Below, in pieces: positions 48,737 through 61,250 of a stretch of DNA of 64,000 bases. The notes below the pieces were generated by a model. That model saw only the letters and a list, made by a program, of their open reading frames with translations. It was not told the DNA's origin and ran no database searches. Location: NCBI RefSeq assembly GCF_018350175.1, contig NC_058368.1:99264001-99328000 (forward strand), in the 5' to 3' direction. The stretch is from Felis catus. Its lineage: Eukaryota. A program made the position numbers and the translations under genes. Position 1 is the first letter of the stretch; the number at the start of each line of letters is the position of its first letter.

Positions 48737-49126
48737 TGTCAAATAAAAAAATATGGAATTAGATAAGAGAGACTTTTTTCAAAAGAACTATGGCAATATG
48801 GTGAACTTTGATCTCAGGATGTGCAGCACCTCCAAATAAAACCTGAAAACCTGTTTTCTTTTCTAGATAGGGATAAACAGAGTTAGCAGGCACTTTTAAG
48901 GGAAAATAGGGCAAGGAGGGCACATGAATAGATAACAGGATTGAGGGGTTGAGAGGAAATATTTTTGCTGAGCTCACCTCATTCTTGGGATTAACTTTTT
49001 TGGGAATGTGTTCTTGCATCTCATTACTTGCTCAGATGTGGTAGAAGGAGGTGCAAACTAAAGGTCAGGGGTCCCTGGGGAGAGAAGCCTGACTAATGTT
49101 TAGCCCATAGACAAAACAGGATGTCA
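48737..49126 (-). mobile_element. Probable ERV1-class solo LTR
   Basis: TG...CA termini about 390 bp apart; GAGACTTTTTTCAAAAGAACTATGGCAAT and GAGAGAAGCCTGACTAA motifs resemble MER34/MER39-group LTRs; no clear TSD. Confidence 0.55.
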
Positions 49127-49136
49127 TATTGGATTA

Positions 49137-49504
49137 TTGAAGAGATTGCCTTTTTTTCCATTGAATGTTCTTTTCTGTTTTCTCAACGATGAGTTGATCA
49201 TATATTTGTGGGTCCATTTCTATGTTTCCTGTTCCATTGATCTATGTGTCCATGCTGTCTTGTTGACTACATGTTGGTAATATGGCTTGAAATCCAGAAT
49301 CATGATGCCTCTGATTTTGTCTTTCTTTTTCAGGATTGGTTTGGATATTCAGGGTCTTTTAGGGTTCCATACGAATTTTAGGATTGTTTGTTCTAGTTCT
49401 GCAAAAAAAAAAGTGCTGGTGGTATTTTATTAGGGATTGTATTAAAGGTGTAGATTGCTTTGGGTAGTATAGACATTTTAATTTTTCTTTTTTAGTTTAT
49501 TTAT

Positions 49505-49549
<45 letters not shown>

Positions 49550-49669
49550 ATGCAAGCACACAAACAGGGGAGGGTCAGAGAGAAAGGGAGAGAGAGAGAG
49601 AGAATCCCAAGCAGGCAGGACCCATGCTGTCAGTGTGGAGCCTGATGTGGTGCTCAAACTCATAATCCA
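49137..49669 (+). repeat. Direct duplicate of 42130-42672 (L1 ORF2 piece plus partial SINE)
   Basis: Manual alignment: about 14 substitutions in about 345 bp of the L1 part and an identical L1/SINE junction. Confidence 0.95.
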
Positions 49670-50818
49670 CGTTTTTATGTGTTAATGTATTTTCTTATTC
49701 ATGCATTAAAAATATATACACTTATATAACATTACCAAAAAAGAGGTTTAAAGATAATATTATTTAATAAGTTGAAATTTGAGGTTTTAAAATATCATTA
49801 CTTTTATCTAACCTATTACAGAACAATATTTACAGTTCATTGATAGAATGAATTTGAATGCTAAATTGAAAAATACATTCTAAATCGATAAGAGTACATG
49901 ACTGAAAAATACCTGGCACTGGGTGTTGGCCATGCAATGTCTTTACATATTTATTCAAATTTTAATTTCTTTTGATATATTAAGATATGTAAGATATAAG
50001 ATCCTTAACAAATGATCATAGTGTTTCATTATTCCAAACACTAAAGTATATTAGAGATTTTGAGAAAACATTTTTAAGTTAATGGAAAAATAAATTATAA
50101 TTCATATTGGGAGTTTATTTTTAAAATATGACACCTAAAACTTTATTTGGATAATGCACATAGACTAACTTTGAGACCTAAGTATTTTTGGGGTAGGATG
50201 GGCAGGAAACAACAAACATATTTACTATGTTGGCAAATGTCATGAATATGAAATTCATAGAATTATATTTATATCTGGTGGCCATCTGATCTACCAGGAG
50301 TTCTTTTAATTACATGGAATATATTGCTAGTACCTAAAAGCTGCATGGTATCCCATAAAATTTCTCTTAATATTTAATATCCTCAAGTTGGATTTTATTC
50401 TCTAGACTAACAAATTTATATTAAGTCTCATAGATCTCAGGGGTAAAGGAAAATAATATATGAAATAGAATTCATATTTGGTCTCAAGGCTAGTGTTGAA
50501 TTATTTAAGGCTTCTGTGCTTACAGATTGCTTAAATTATAAAAAATCATGCTGTAACAATTTATCATTATCTCACTAAAATGATAATTATCATTGTGCTT
50601 TATTAGAGATAATGTAAAGAAATTATTAAGTCATTACCGAGACCTTCTGCTACTACAGAGAGCACAGATATAAATAAAAGGAGCGTGAAAAATGTATCAC
50701 TCATGTACTTTTGCACTTTCTTACTCTAAACGTGATTTTGTAAACCCATTTTCATCTTTCTGATCTCACAACATAGGAACCTTAGAGTTCTTTCTTCTGT
50801 CATTAAATTTCATCACTA

Positions 50819-50841
50819 CCCCCCCCCCCCCCCCCCCCCCC
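50819..50841. repeat. Poly-C tract (23 nt)
   Basis: Directly visible. Confidence 0.95.
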
Positions 50842-50854
50842 GCCCACCACGGGA

Positions 50855-51035
50855 TCTCTCTAACTGCCTTGCCTGTTCTCTGGGAATAGGGAGTCACCAC
50901 CTCTAATTCACACAGTCCTCTGATGCCAGACTAATCCTCTTAAAACACTGCTTTCACTGCACTTATCTTTCTCATAAACCTGCAAGATCCCCTAATGGCT
51001 TGTCACATTGAATTCGTGTTCTTAAGCCTTGTCTT
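50855..51035 (+). mobile_element. L2 remnant
   Basis: TGCCAGACTAATCCTCTTAAAACACTGCTTTCA...CTCATAAACCTGCAA is L2-like. Confidence 0.55.
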
Positions 51036-51779
51036 ATCGAATAATTTAAAAACCCATATTAACTTTTACTTTTGTTCTTCTTCCTGTGAGAATTCTCAGA
51101 CTATTGTCTGAACGCATTTTGAAACAGAATGAGGATCTAGGACTAAGACCTACAGGATAAGAGGGAGAAGGTGAGGTGAGAGAGCAGGTAAAGGAACATT
51201 TTTGAAAAGAAGAAAGGAAAACAAAAGCATCTGGACCTTAGAATTCAACTCACAAAGCAGTCAGATTGAAAGAGGAACTCTCTTCTCCTGAAACTAGGCA
51301 TGGCTTGGATATTTTGAGGCAGTGGGCACCAGTAATGAAGGTAATTATTCTGAAGCATTCATGGCAAAGGTGGGAAGATCATCACAGAATTCCCATTTCC
51401 ACTATGCTTTGAAAGTGGCCCTAGCCCCATGGTGGAATCCTATGAGTCAGATATTATACTCTTGGTAAAAAAAAAAAAAAAAAAAAGTCTTTTTAAACTC
51501 ATTTGCATGTATAATAACATTACTGAAACAATCTGTCATATGTCCACTAATGCCTTCAGGTTCACATCAGGTTTCCTTTTAGGGAATCCTTCATAATTTC
51601 TACCCAAACTTCTTCCAGCCTAGGATTGCACATTCAGCTGGACTTTATTCATGTTATAAATTAGACGTTAAACTCTTGATATTACACATTATACCTTGAA
51701 TTTTAATCCCTAATGCTTACCTGGCACACAGGAGGCACGTCCAAAAATAAGAAGTGTACCATCCGTATTTTAATGAAAT

Positions 51780-51915
51780 ATTGGCTTGTAACTATGTACT
51801 TGATGATGATCTAAGAATGAAGGGAGAAGCAGTGAATCAATAAACAAACTAAAATCATTCGTTTCATAGAGTTTCTATTCCAGTGAGTAGAGATAATAGA
51901 TCCATAAATGCAAAT
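51780..51915 (-). mobile_element. L2 3' end remnant
   Basis: AGCAGTGAATCAA...TTTCATAGAGTTTCTATTCCAGTG. Confidence 0.5.
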
Positions 51916-52250
51916 AAAATATGTCTATGGAATAATAAATACAAAAACACAAGCATGGATTTTGTCCACATTTTAAAGACCCTTTCTTTGAATAGTATTT
52001 TCATCCTTCAGTCTCAAAAACCTAGAAAGCTTTGAGTTCTTTGTTTCCTATTAATTCTGAAAAAGGAATACAAACGTATAAGAGAATAAAGAATGATTCA
52101 GTGGGGCATTGTCTTCCACATAGAGGAGTGGATCAAATGTTCTTGAATGAGATGGGCAGATACCTGCAGAATTGTTGGAGGCTCTGAGGCTGCATCTCGT
52201 TCAGATGATTGCTTCCTCTTCAGACTGTGTCTTCTCTTACCTTATTCCAG

Positions 52251-52297
52251 CAGTTTATCGGAAACTGAAAAAACTGTATAGGTCGGTGGACATGGAG
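52251..52297 (+). CDS. Candidate small exon (47 nt, or 44 nt with the downstream NAG); frames VYRKLKKLYRSVDME (open) or SLSETEKTV* (terminal)
   Basis: CTTCTCTTACCTTATTCCAG|CAG acceptor, GAG|GTAAAT donor, two retained CpGs, no repeat match recognised. Confidence 0.3.
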
Positions 52298-52549
52298 GTA
52301 AATATTTTTTGTGATTGTAAGCAACCACATATTTCCTTTTGTAAGGCTTTAGCTTGAGTTTTCGCGTTCTTGTAGTCAGGAGTTGACATAGAATTGGAGT
52401 TTGCCATTATGGTTACACTCAGTACACGACAGGTATCACATTTCTTGAGTAATAACTTGTTTTTCATTTGATTCCTCTTTAACCATATCTACTTCACTCT
52501 TTAACCAGAATATTCTCCCTGCACTGTGCACCAGATAAAATACAGCTTC

Positions 52550-53270
52550 TGTGGGTCTGTCAGACATGGTCTGGTGTTATTATTAAAGTATGGTAGTATA
52601 GTGGTGGTGGGTCAGGGGTAGGATAAGGAAGGACATTCTCTGACACTCTAATTCAACCTCAGTCCAGGCAATGTAAACCTGGGACTTAACACTGTCGCTT
52701 TTACATATGTCTGTGCCTCTTATCCAGCTGCAGCGACAGGTCTAGGAAGCTTTTCTCCTGAGGTAGACTTTTGTAATTATTGCTCTCCTCTGGTCACAGG
52801 AAGCATTCACTGGTGCCCCAAAGCAAGCACTTTCATTATGTTTCTCCACCAGAATAAAGCACTCTTTTTTCCTTAGGAGAAAAAGGAAGTTGGGTCTAGA
52901 TGGAATTTTCTTTCACAGTGGCTGCTGTTCCCCTCTTAGAATTAAGAGAAAAAAAAATGCTTTTCACAATTCCCAGATCCTCCCTGTGTGGGTCTGGTAG
53001 AATTTGTGAAGGAGAAACCTGCAAAAGAGTTCTTATATCTGTAGCTTTCTGGCTTGATGCTCTCATGTTGGCCCACACACGGTCTTCAGCAATTTGTTAA
53101 GGATTTTTTTCACTGAATCTTCTTCATGGCTTATATCCATTCATCAACATCTGCCCCATATGCTTGGGTCTAATTTCCTCTTGAAGGCTTTTTTCTCTGC
53201 CCATATTTCAGCTGAGTTCTTGGCCCTATGCCCTCCACTCCCTCAGGAGTTACAGAAAAGTCTTTTATTA
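52550..53270 (-). mobile_element. Old L1M 5' region
   Basis: TTGGCCCTATGCCCTCCACTCCCTCAGGAGTTACAGAAAAGTC and AGGAGAAACCTGCAAAAG resemble L1M4/L1MC 5' ends. Confidence 0.55.
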
Positions 53271-53304
53271 TCAATTCTCCCAAATTTTAAGAAAATTATT
53301 ATAA

Positions 53305-53414
53305 CAGTGGAATTCACACTTTCTGGGTCTCTACATCTCTCAGCTAAACCTGGACATTGATATTTTTGAAACTACTCAGGTGACAGTTATGTGCAGCCTG
53401 GGTTGAGGACCCAA
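53305..53414. mobile_element. MER5-family MITE remnant
   Basis: CAGGTGACAGTTATGTGCAGCCTGGGTTGAGGACC terminus. Confidence 0.6.
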
Positions 53415-53546
53415 ATATTATAATATGCATCTCAGACAGAAAAAGTAAAAATTTGAACTATGACTTGAGTGGTCCTACATAATCTGGTCCTCTGCCTTAT
53501 TTCCCTCATTTTATTTCCTACCATGCTCATCCTACCATGCTCATCA

Positions 53547-53752
53547 TTTTTTTTTGTTTATTTGCCTATTTTGAGAGAGAGAGAGATAGCGTGAGAGCAC
53601 GCTAGCTCATGAGTGGGGTGGGGCCAGAGAGAGAGAGAGGGAGAAAGAGAATCCCAAGCAAGCTCCATGCTGTCAGCACAGAGACCAATGAAGGGCTTGA
53701 TCCCGAGAACCATGAGCTCATGACCTGAGCCGAAATCAAGAGTCAGATGCTT
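53547..53752 (-). mobile_element. Can-SINE lacking its 5' head
   Basis: Ends at AAGAGTCAGATGCTT. Confidence 0.92.
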
Positions 53753-53925
53753 GGGGTGCCTGCATGGCTCAGTCACCTTGGTGGCATCTGACTTTGGCTC
53801 AGGTCATGATCTCACAGCTCCTGGGCTCAAGCCCCACATCAGCCTCTGCACGGACAGCCCCTCCCCCCTTTTGTGTGATTGGTCGCTCTATCTCAAAAAT
53901 AAGTAAATAAACATTAAAAACAATA
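53753..53925 (+). mobile_element. Can-SINE with internal deletion, fused head-to-head to the previous SINE
   Basis: Starts GGGGTGCCTGCATGGCTCAG. Confidence 0.9.
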
Positions 53926-53927
53926 AA

Positions 53928-56900
53928 GGAGAATATGTATATTGAAACTCTCTGGCTTATTTTACCAACACTTCTGTAACTCTAAAATTATTTCAAGTAA
54001 AAATTAAGACCAAAATACTTTCTCAGTCAAAAATTGAGGCAATGTATGGCCTGCAGACCAACTCTTCAAGAAATGTTAAAGGAAATTATGGAGGTAGAAA
54101 GAATGTCATAAAAGTCAGAAATGTGTCTACTCAAGGAAATGAAGAACATTGGAAATACAATTTTGAAAAGATAAATTCCTTTTTCCTCTCATTTCTAATT
54201 TTTCTGAAAGATGACCATTTAAAGCAAAGCAATAGCAATGTATCGTGTGCTTAAAGCATACGAGAAAGCGTATACAAACATATATAATGTTAGTAGCATA
54301 AAGAATGAGAGGGAGGGATTTGGGTTCCTTTGTAAGGTCCTAACAAAACATGAAGCAGTGTCATTATATTCAATGGCATAGGAAATTATTTAAATGTTTC
54401 TTATAAACACTGTCAAGCCTCCTAAAAGTCTTTTTAATGAGTTATACAGAGTAATTCTAAATAGATAAAGTGGGATATAAAACATACAAAAATATTAAGC
54501 ACATAGAAAACACAAAAAGTGAAAAAAATACACAACGAGTGCATCGAATGGAAAAGATCTAGAATAAGAATATTAATTAAATCTTATCAATATTCACTTT
54601 AAATTATAACCAAAAGAAAGCTGGAAGAGCTGCGTTAATTTCAGAAAAGTAGGTACCAGAACAAGTAACCTAATCAAGGATAAAGAGTAAAATGATGTAT
54701 AAATAGAGGGGTAATTAAAATAATTAATAGTGTGTATACACTTAACAGTCTTTGAAAATTGTGTGAGGCAAAAGGTATATGTAAAAGAAGGAATAGAAAA
54801 ATTCACGACTATAGTCATGTACTTGAGCACATCTCTGCCAGTAATAACATAAAAGGATGCACATGAGTAAGAATATAGGTGACCTGAACACCACTGTCAA
54901 CCATCTTTACATAACTGACATTTATAGACCTACACAAATAGAGTCGGCTCCTTTGACAATGATTCACAGCCATTTTCATGAAGAAATGATAGCCTTTTCC
55001 ATTTGCCTCCTTGGACATCCATATGCCAGTAAATTAACCTTGACACGTATTTCATACCTTAGACCTCTATTAGCTCAAAGTATACTAGATGCCTAAATGT
55101 AAAATGTAAGACTATAAAACATCTTGGACACAAGTTTATATGACCTTGTGTTTGATGATATAAGGTACTTTACAAGGGAGTATTTAGGATGATGATACTA
55201 CTCCGTGTGACATTTTGATGGTGGAGACGTGACTATGCCATTTATCTAAACCCGTAGAAAGGTACATCCCAAAGATAAACTTTTACTGTCTGCCTACTTA
55301 AAGATGTATCTACAAAGGTACAGGTGAAATCCAGGATGAAGTGTAGAGTATAGCAAATGAATCCAGTCGTATTATGAATGTATGGTAGACACTCAGTACG
55401 GGAGATAAGAGAAAAGAAAGCAGAGCTAAATAACTCTGGCAGCAGTGTCTTGTCTAGATACTGTAAGGCTAAATATGAAAAGAACTATACGTAAACACTC
55501 TGCTTGAGTTGGTAAATTTATTTTTCACATGGGTATGGTTTAATAATCCGGAAGCACCTTGACATGCGTGCTAGGAATGAACAAATAAGCAAATAAATTA
55601 TAGATAACAGAAGCCAGGTTTTCTACTGTCAGAGAAAAGAAGTTACAAATAATCAAGAGGAAGTCTATCATGGAGGCTGCAGTGCTGGATTATAGTCACA
55701 GATACAATTATGAACTCATATTTACTGTAATGTACTTATAAATAGAGACAGAAATAAATATAGCCATGTACATACACATAGACATATTTTCTCTGTGAGA
55801 GGTTAGAAACAGGGATATCCGAGGAGCAATGATTTCAGGTAGATCTTGGTTTTCAAAGGACACTGGGCCATTAAAGAAATGTCTGATTTGAAGTCTGGGT
55901 GAGGGAAATCTGAACTAAACCAAGGGCAGCATAAGACACAAAGTAAAAAGGTACAAAACAAGCAATAGATGAGGTATTTTAAAAGGATACAGGAGACTGG
56001 GACACCTGGGTGGCTTAGTCAGTTGATTGTCTGACTTGGGCTCAGGTCAGGAACTCATGGTTTGTGAGTTCAAGTCCAGCATTGGGATCTCTGCTGTCAT
56101 CGCAAAGCCTAGTTTGGATCCTCTGCCCTCCTCTCTCTCTATCCCTTCCCCACTCATGGTCTTTCTCTCAGAAATCAATAAACATTAAAAAAAAAAAGGA
56201 TACAGGAGACAGTCTGAAAGGGCCCCCAGTGGACAAAAATCAAACAATTTGGAAAAAAAAATTGTAGTTATAATTAAATAGTGAAATCACTATTCATGAA
56301 TCCATGCTAGTATACATAAATGGTTGAGTAAGTAACTAAATAGGGCAAAGATTTCCAAAGAAAGCACATAAAAACAATGAAGGAATTATAAAATTACTAG
56401 AGCACCCCAGTAAACATAGCTGAGGAACACTAAAATTAGTTGGCAAAAATTAGTTGGTGAGACTTTAAGAAGAAACAGTACAGTTGCAGTTAAAAAGAAC
56501 TCTCTGCCTGATATCTATTAATTATTATAGTAGTTTCTGACTTAAGTCCACAGTTCCTTGGATACTCTTCCTATCAGGAGATGGATTTTACTGTTTTGTT
56601 CTTTTTATATGGTTAAGACATAGTTAATCACTCCTAACCCAGTGGGGGGAAAGGAAAAAACAGTAAGTTTACAGAGGAAAAATTTGGCCAACATGACCTT
56701 AACCAAGTAATCCAGGTTGGTATGTCTAATAATAAGTCATGTTTATGTCATGTATCCCATGACATGGTGCAGTGAGAAAGGCACATCACTTCTGTGATAG
56801 TCTTTCCAAAACTTTATAACCTCAGCCTAATTAAGAGAAAATCGACAAACCAAGTCAATGGATATTCTACAGAAAGAGGGATGTTCTAGCCTTCTTCAAA

Positions 56901-57225
56901 AAATATCTAAGGCAGTAAAAACAAACAAGCAAAAACAAGGGAAGGTGAAGAATCTTTACAGATTACGGGAGGCTAAGAACATAAGGACTAAATCCAGTAT
57001 GACATCCTGGATTGGATCCTGGAACACACGAAGAGCATTAGTGGAAAAACAGATGGAATCCAAATAAAGTGTCCAGTTTAGTTAATAATCCTGAATCCGT
57101 GTTGGTTTTGATCAGTGTAGCATAGTTACGTAAGATGTTATACGAGAACCGTCTGTAGTATCTTCTGCTGCTTTTCTGTAAGTCTAAAATAGTTTCAAAA
57201 TAAAACTATTAAAATTAAAAAAAGA
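53928..57225 (+). mobile_element. Mosaic of old sense L1M/L1MC pieces ending in an L1MC3/4-like 3' end
   Basis: EN-like GACCTGAACACCACTGTCAACCA; CATCACTTCTGTGATAGTCTTTCCAAAA, ATCCTGGATTGGATCCTGGAACA and TTTCTGTAAGTCTAAAATAGTTTCAAAATAAAA. Confidence 0.75.
55999..56193 (+). mobile_element. Can-SINE
   Basis: 17-bp TSD AAAAGGATACAGGAGAC at 55981 and 56194. Confidence 0.95.
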
Positions 57226-57579
57226 AAAATCCAGTTCCTATCTTTACTACCATATTTTAAATTTAATTGGTTTAGCTCAAACCTATCAAGGAGGGTTTCA
57301 TTTTAATATTTACAAAGACGGTTTTTAAAAAATGGTTGTGAAGCAAGTTTTCATTAAATAGTGGTAATTATTACTCTAAATAAAAGAGATAATCAGCATT
57401 AAATATTTTTGGTGGGAAGAACTATTATTCCTCATTCATGGTCAGTGTTGGATCTTGTGTGATGACCCCCTTGAGTATGCGGATCTTTTAAAAACCGAAT
57501 TCAGTCCTAGCTGCATGACAGCATATTAAAATTTCTTGGGTAGGTTTGAAAAGATATGATCACTATCTCTTAATTGAAC

Positions 57580-57725
57580 TTTTTCTCTTTTTGTTTTTAC
57601 TGAAGTGGGATTAACATACAGCGTTCTATTAGTTTCAGGTGTACAGTATGATTCAACCATTCTGTACAATGCTTAGTGCTCATCACAATTAAGTGTACTC
57701 TTAATCTCCTTTATCTCTTTCACTT
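57580..57725 (-). mobile_element. Short carnivore L1 3' end
   Basis: TTAACATACAGCGTTCTATTAGTTTCAGGTGTACAG. Confidence 0.8.
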
Positions 57726-57749
57726 ACTTTAACTTTTAAAATTAACTTT

Positions 57750-58980
57750 CAATAATCATCTTTACTCACCATTATAAACAGTGAAATGCAAGCATTTTGA
57801 ATGTGCCGTTGGGTTAATTTTGAGAAATGTATGCATCCATGTAACCACCACGTCAATCAAGATACACAACATTTCTATCACAGAACCTTCCTCTTACCCC
57901 CTTGTATTAAATTCATAAGCCAATATCCCCCTACACACCCAAATTCGGGGAGATGCTGATATGTTTCATTCAGTATTGAGTAGTTTTGCCTCTTTTAGAA
58001 TTTTACATAAATGAAATAGAATAGTATGTAACATTTTGTATCTGGCTTCTTTCTCTCAGCATAAGCAGGTTATTGGGTATATCAGTTTCTCATGCCTTTT
58101 TTTAAAAATAATGTTTATTTATTTTTAAGAGAGAGATGGACAAAGGACAAGCAGGGGAGGTGCAGAGAGAGGGAGACACATAATCCGAAGCAGGCTCTAG
58201 GCTCTGAGCGGTCAGCACAGAGCCTGAGGTGGGGCTTGAACCCATGAACCGTGAGATCATGACCTGAGCCGAAGTCTGACGCCCAACCTACTGAGCCACC
58301 CAGGTGCCCCAAGCTCATGCCTATTTATAGACTTTTGAGTTGTGTCCAGTTTGGCACCACTATGAGTTTTCGTGTGGTCATGTGTTTTTATGACTCTTGG
58401 ATAAATTAGTAGGGGTTTAATCATGTGGTAAATCTATGTTAAACTTTATAAGAAACTGCCAGGTTCTTTTTGAAAATGGCTACACAGTGTTATGCTCTAT
58501 TAATAATTCACGGGAGTTCAATTACACTGCATTATTGCTGAGACTTCATATTGTCAAACTTTTATCATGTAGTCTTGTGCAGTGGTATCTCATTTTACTT
58601 TGCATTTTTCCTGAATTAGTTATATCGAGCACTTTTTCATGTGTTTACGTTTCACAGAACTGTTTTTTAAAGTCCCTGTCTAAATCTTTTTGTGATTTTT
58701 TTTTAATGCTTTACATTCTAATTGTTGAATTATCAGCATTCTTCATATTTTGTAGATATAAATATTTTGTCACATGCGTATTAGAAATACTTTCTCCCAG
58801 GCTGTGGCTTGCTTTTTCATTTCCTTAACATGTTCTTTCCAAAAGCATGTGTTTTTAATTTTGATGAAACTTAATTTATCACCTATAATTTTTATCAGTT
58901 TTTTCCATTTATCTTTTTTTACCTTTCATGATTAGTGCTGTGAAGTCCTAAGAAATAGTTGCCTAAATTTCTCAAGTTCT
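57750..58980 (-). mobile_element. Old L1M 3' region
   Basis: CATCCATGTAACCACCACGTCAATCAAGATACACAACATTTCTATCAC and TTTATAAGAAACTGCCA motifs. Confidence 0.8.
58098..58310 (-). mobile_element. Can-SINE
   Basis: TSD CTCATGCCT. Confidence 0.94.
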
Positions 58981-59950
58981 TTTTTCCACAGTTTTTCTCA
59001 AGTACTTGAATTGTTCTAAATGCAATATTTTGTGAAATTGAAATTATTTTTCCTCTGAAATAGCTACCTAATTAGAAGCACTGCCTTATTTAAAATGCCA
59101 TCCTCTTAGGATTAGATTAGCATAAATTAAGACGTCCTTTATCCTCCTTTATCTCTCTCAGAAGCTGTATAAATAATTTAATTAAGTTCTGTAAGCTTTG
59201 CTGCAAAGAATGACTCAAAATACGTCTGTAGACCTCTGGGGGGTTGGGCCCTCAATTTATTTATAAACCAGACAATCATGCTGAAAAATATGTGGTTATT
59301 GAATTTATTTTCCCTTAAAGGATTGAATTACAACCTTCAAAAAGGGCAGGTGATATAATTAAGTTTGTTTATAGCTCATAGTGTCTGTATCTGATTAACA
59401 TTCAACGAGCTCTCAATCTTCTATTATTTCTAGGTGCTATAGTGTGTTTGATTACTAGTTCTGATGAATTTGGTGTATATTGTCTGTTTCAATCTTTCAT
59501 GCTTCCTTCTGGGCAATGTTAAGAGGGTAAGTAACTAAAGAATGGATAAGTCTGGGAATCTGACCTGTGAATCACACTGTTAGCCTTGGGGAGCTTGTCT
59601 GAATATTCCCCCACATCTGGGAGTCCTTAGTAAGCACAGCTGACAGAATTGTAGAACATTTCTGGAATATCATTTACTTGGCAAAGAGTTGCTCTAGTCA
59701 CTGTCTTTCCAAGCACATGTCAAACATAATTTCATGGGAAAATGTGGTGTCCAGAATAGGATTCTTGTGAGACCACAGTGTTTCTGGGTGGAGTGATGAG
59801 AAAAATCAACTATGTTAATGCAATATCAGAACATAAATTATTTTTAAAAATCTAATAGAAATCCAATTTAAAGTCCCAGCAAATAAACGAATTTATATTT
59901 TTATGTGAAGTCTAAGGATTGAATGCTGCTTATTCCTAATGGCTTATGCT

Positions 59951-60051
59951 TATATATGTATATATATCCATACGTACACACATGTACACATATGTGTGCA
60001 TTGCATACACACATATGTATGTGTGTGTATATATACAGAGAGAGAGAGAGA
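59951..60051. repeat. Mixed (TA)/(CA)/(TG)/(GA) simple repeat
   Basis: Directly visible. Confidence 0.85.
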
Positions 60052-61039
60052 CTAGAGAGTAGGATTTTTTATTAGAATGTTGAATCTTGGGAAAAAAGTG
60101 GACAGGATTTTTCTAGTGATTGCTGCCTTTCTCTATACACTTACATTACACGGACTTTATACCATATGATTCAGCATGTATGTAGTCGAAGATTATTTAC
60201 TTTTTCCTCTTCTGGATTAACTGTCTTCCCAAATTTGCTTCATTTATATTTTAATGCCTTACTAAAAACTGACCATGACCAGCTGACTCTCTTGTCAAGT
60301 TAAGGTAACCACCCATCCTGGGTCTCTGTCCTGCATCCCCCTCTGGATGAGAAGGAATGTTTTGGTTGGGCTTGTTTATTGTAACAGCTAACTTAAGAAG
60401 AAATATAAATTGTTTAAAGTAAGGTAGTTTTCTCACAAAGAAATAGGGAACCAGGCCAGAGAAAAGTAGAAGAGGCAAGAGAGTTTCTGTTGAAGGAAGC
60501 ACAGCCATGGTCATTCCTCAAGACCTGTCTGGTTAAGAAACTTCCTAGAACAATAGAGGTCTATGCCCTTGGAAACTTGAAACAATTTAAACTCTTTGTG
60601 TACCTGTTACTTTCCAGAGAGGCACAGATACCCAGAAGGGACATTCTGCTATCTAACACTTATCAATGCCTGCATTCTCTTGCTAGGACAAGGTTGGGAA
60701 GAAGTAGTAGAAGGTTTCTCGACTTTCTTTAGTGGGTAGAGGAGATTTCCTCCTCCTAAGACAAAGCAGTCGTGATTGTATCAAATAAGAATTTTCTTTG
60801 GATAAGTGTAGTATTATAAGTATTAAATTACCACAGGCTGCATAGATTCCAGGGTTTTCCATTCATGTGCAAACCTCCCCACAGTATATTGGGCAGCCTT
60901 TTGGATTCTTGCATGTTGATGTAAGGTAGTTAGGGAAATGGGGCTGAGCTAACTCAGGACAAAATCCATGAGCTTCAGAGGGATGAGGAAAAAACACTTC
61001 ACAGCTGAGGCCTGTAGTTTGATAAAGAATGGGAGAAAA

Positions 61040-61250
61040 GGGGTGCCTGGGTGGCTCAATTGGTTAAGCATCCGACTTCAGCTCAGGTCATGATCTCACA
61101 GTTTGTGGGTTCAAGGCCCATGTTGGGCTCTGTGCTTATAGCCCAGAGCCTGGAGCCCGCCTAAGATTCTGTTTCCCTCTCTCTCTGCCCTTCCCCTGCT
61201 CTCACTCTATCGCTGTGTCTGTCAAAAATAAATAAAAATTGAAAGAAGTT
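61040..61250 (+). mobile_element. Can-SINE
   Basis: TSD AATGGGAGAAAA at 61028 and 61256. Confidence 0.95.
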
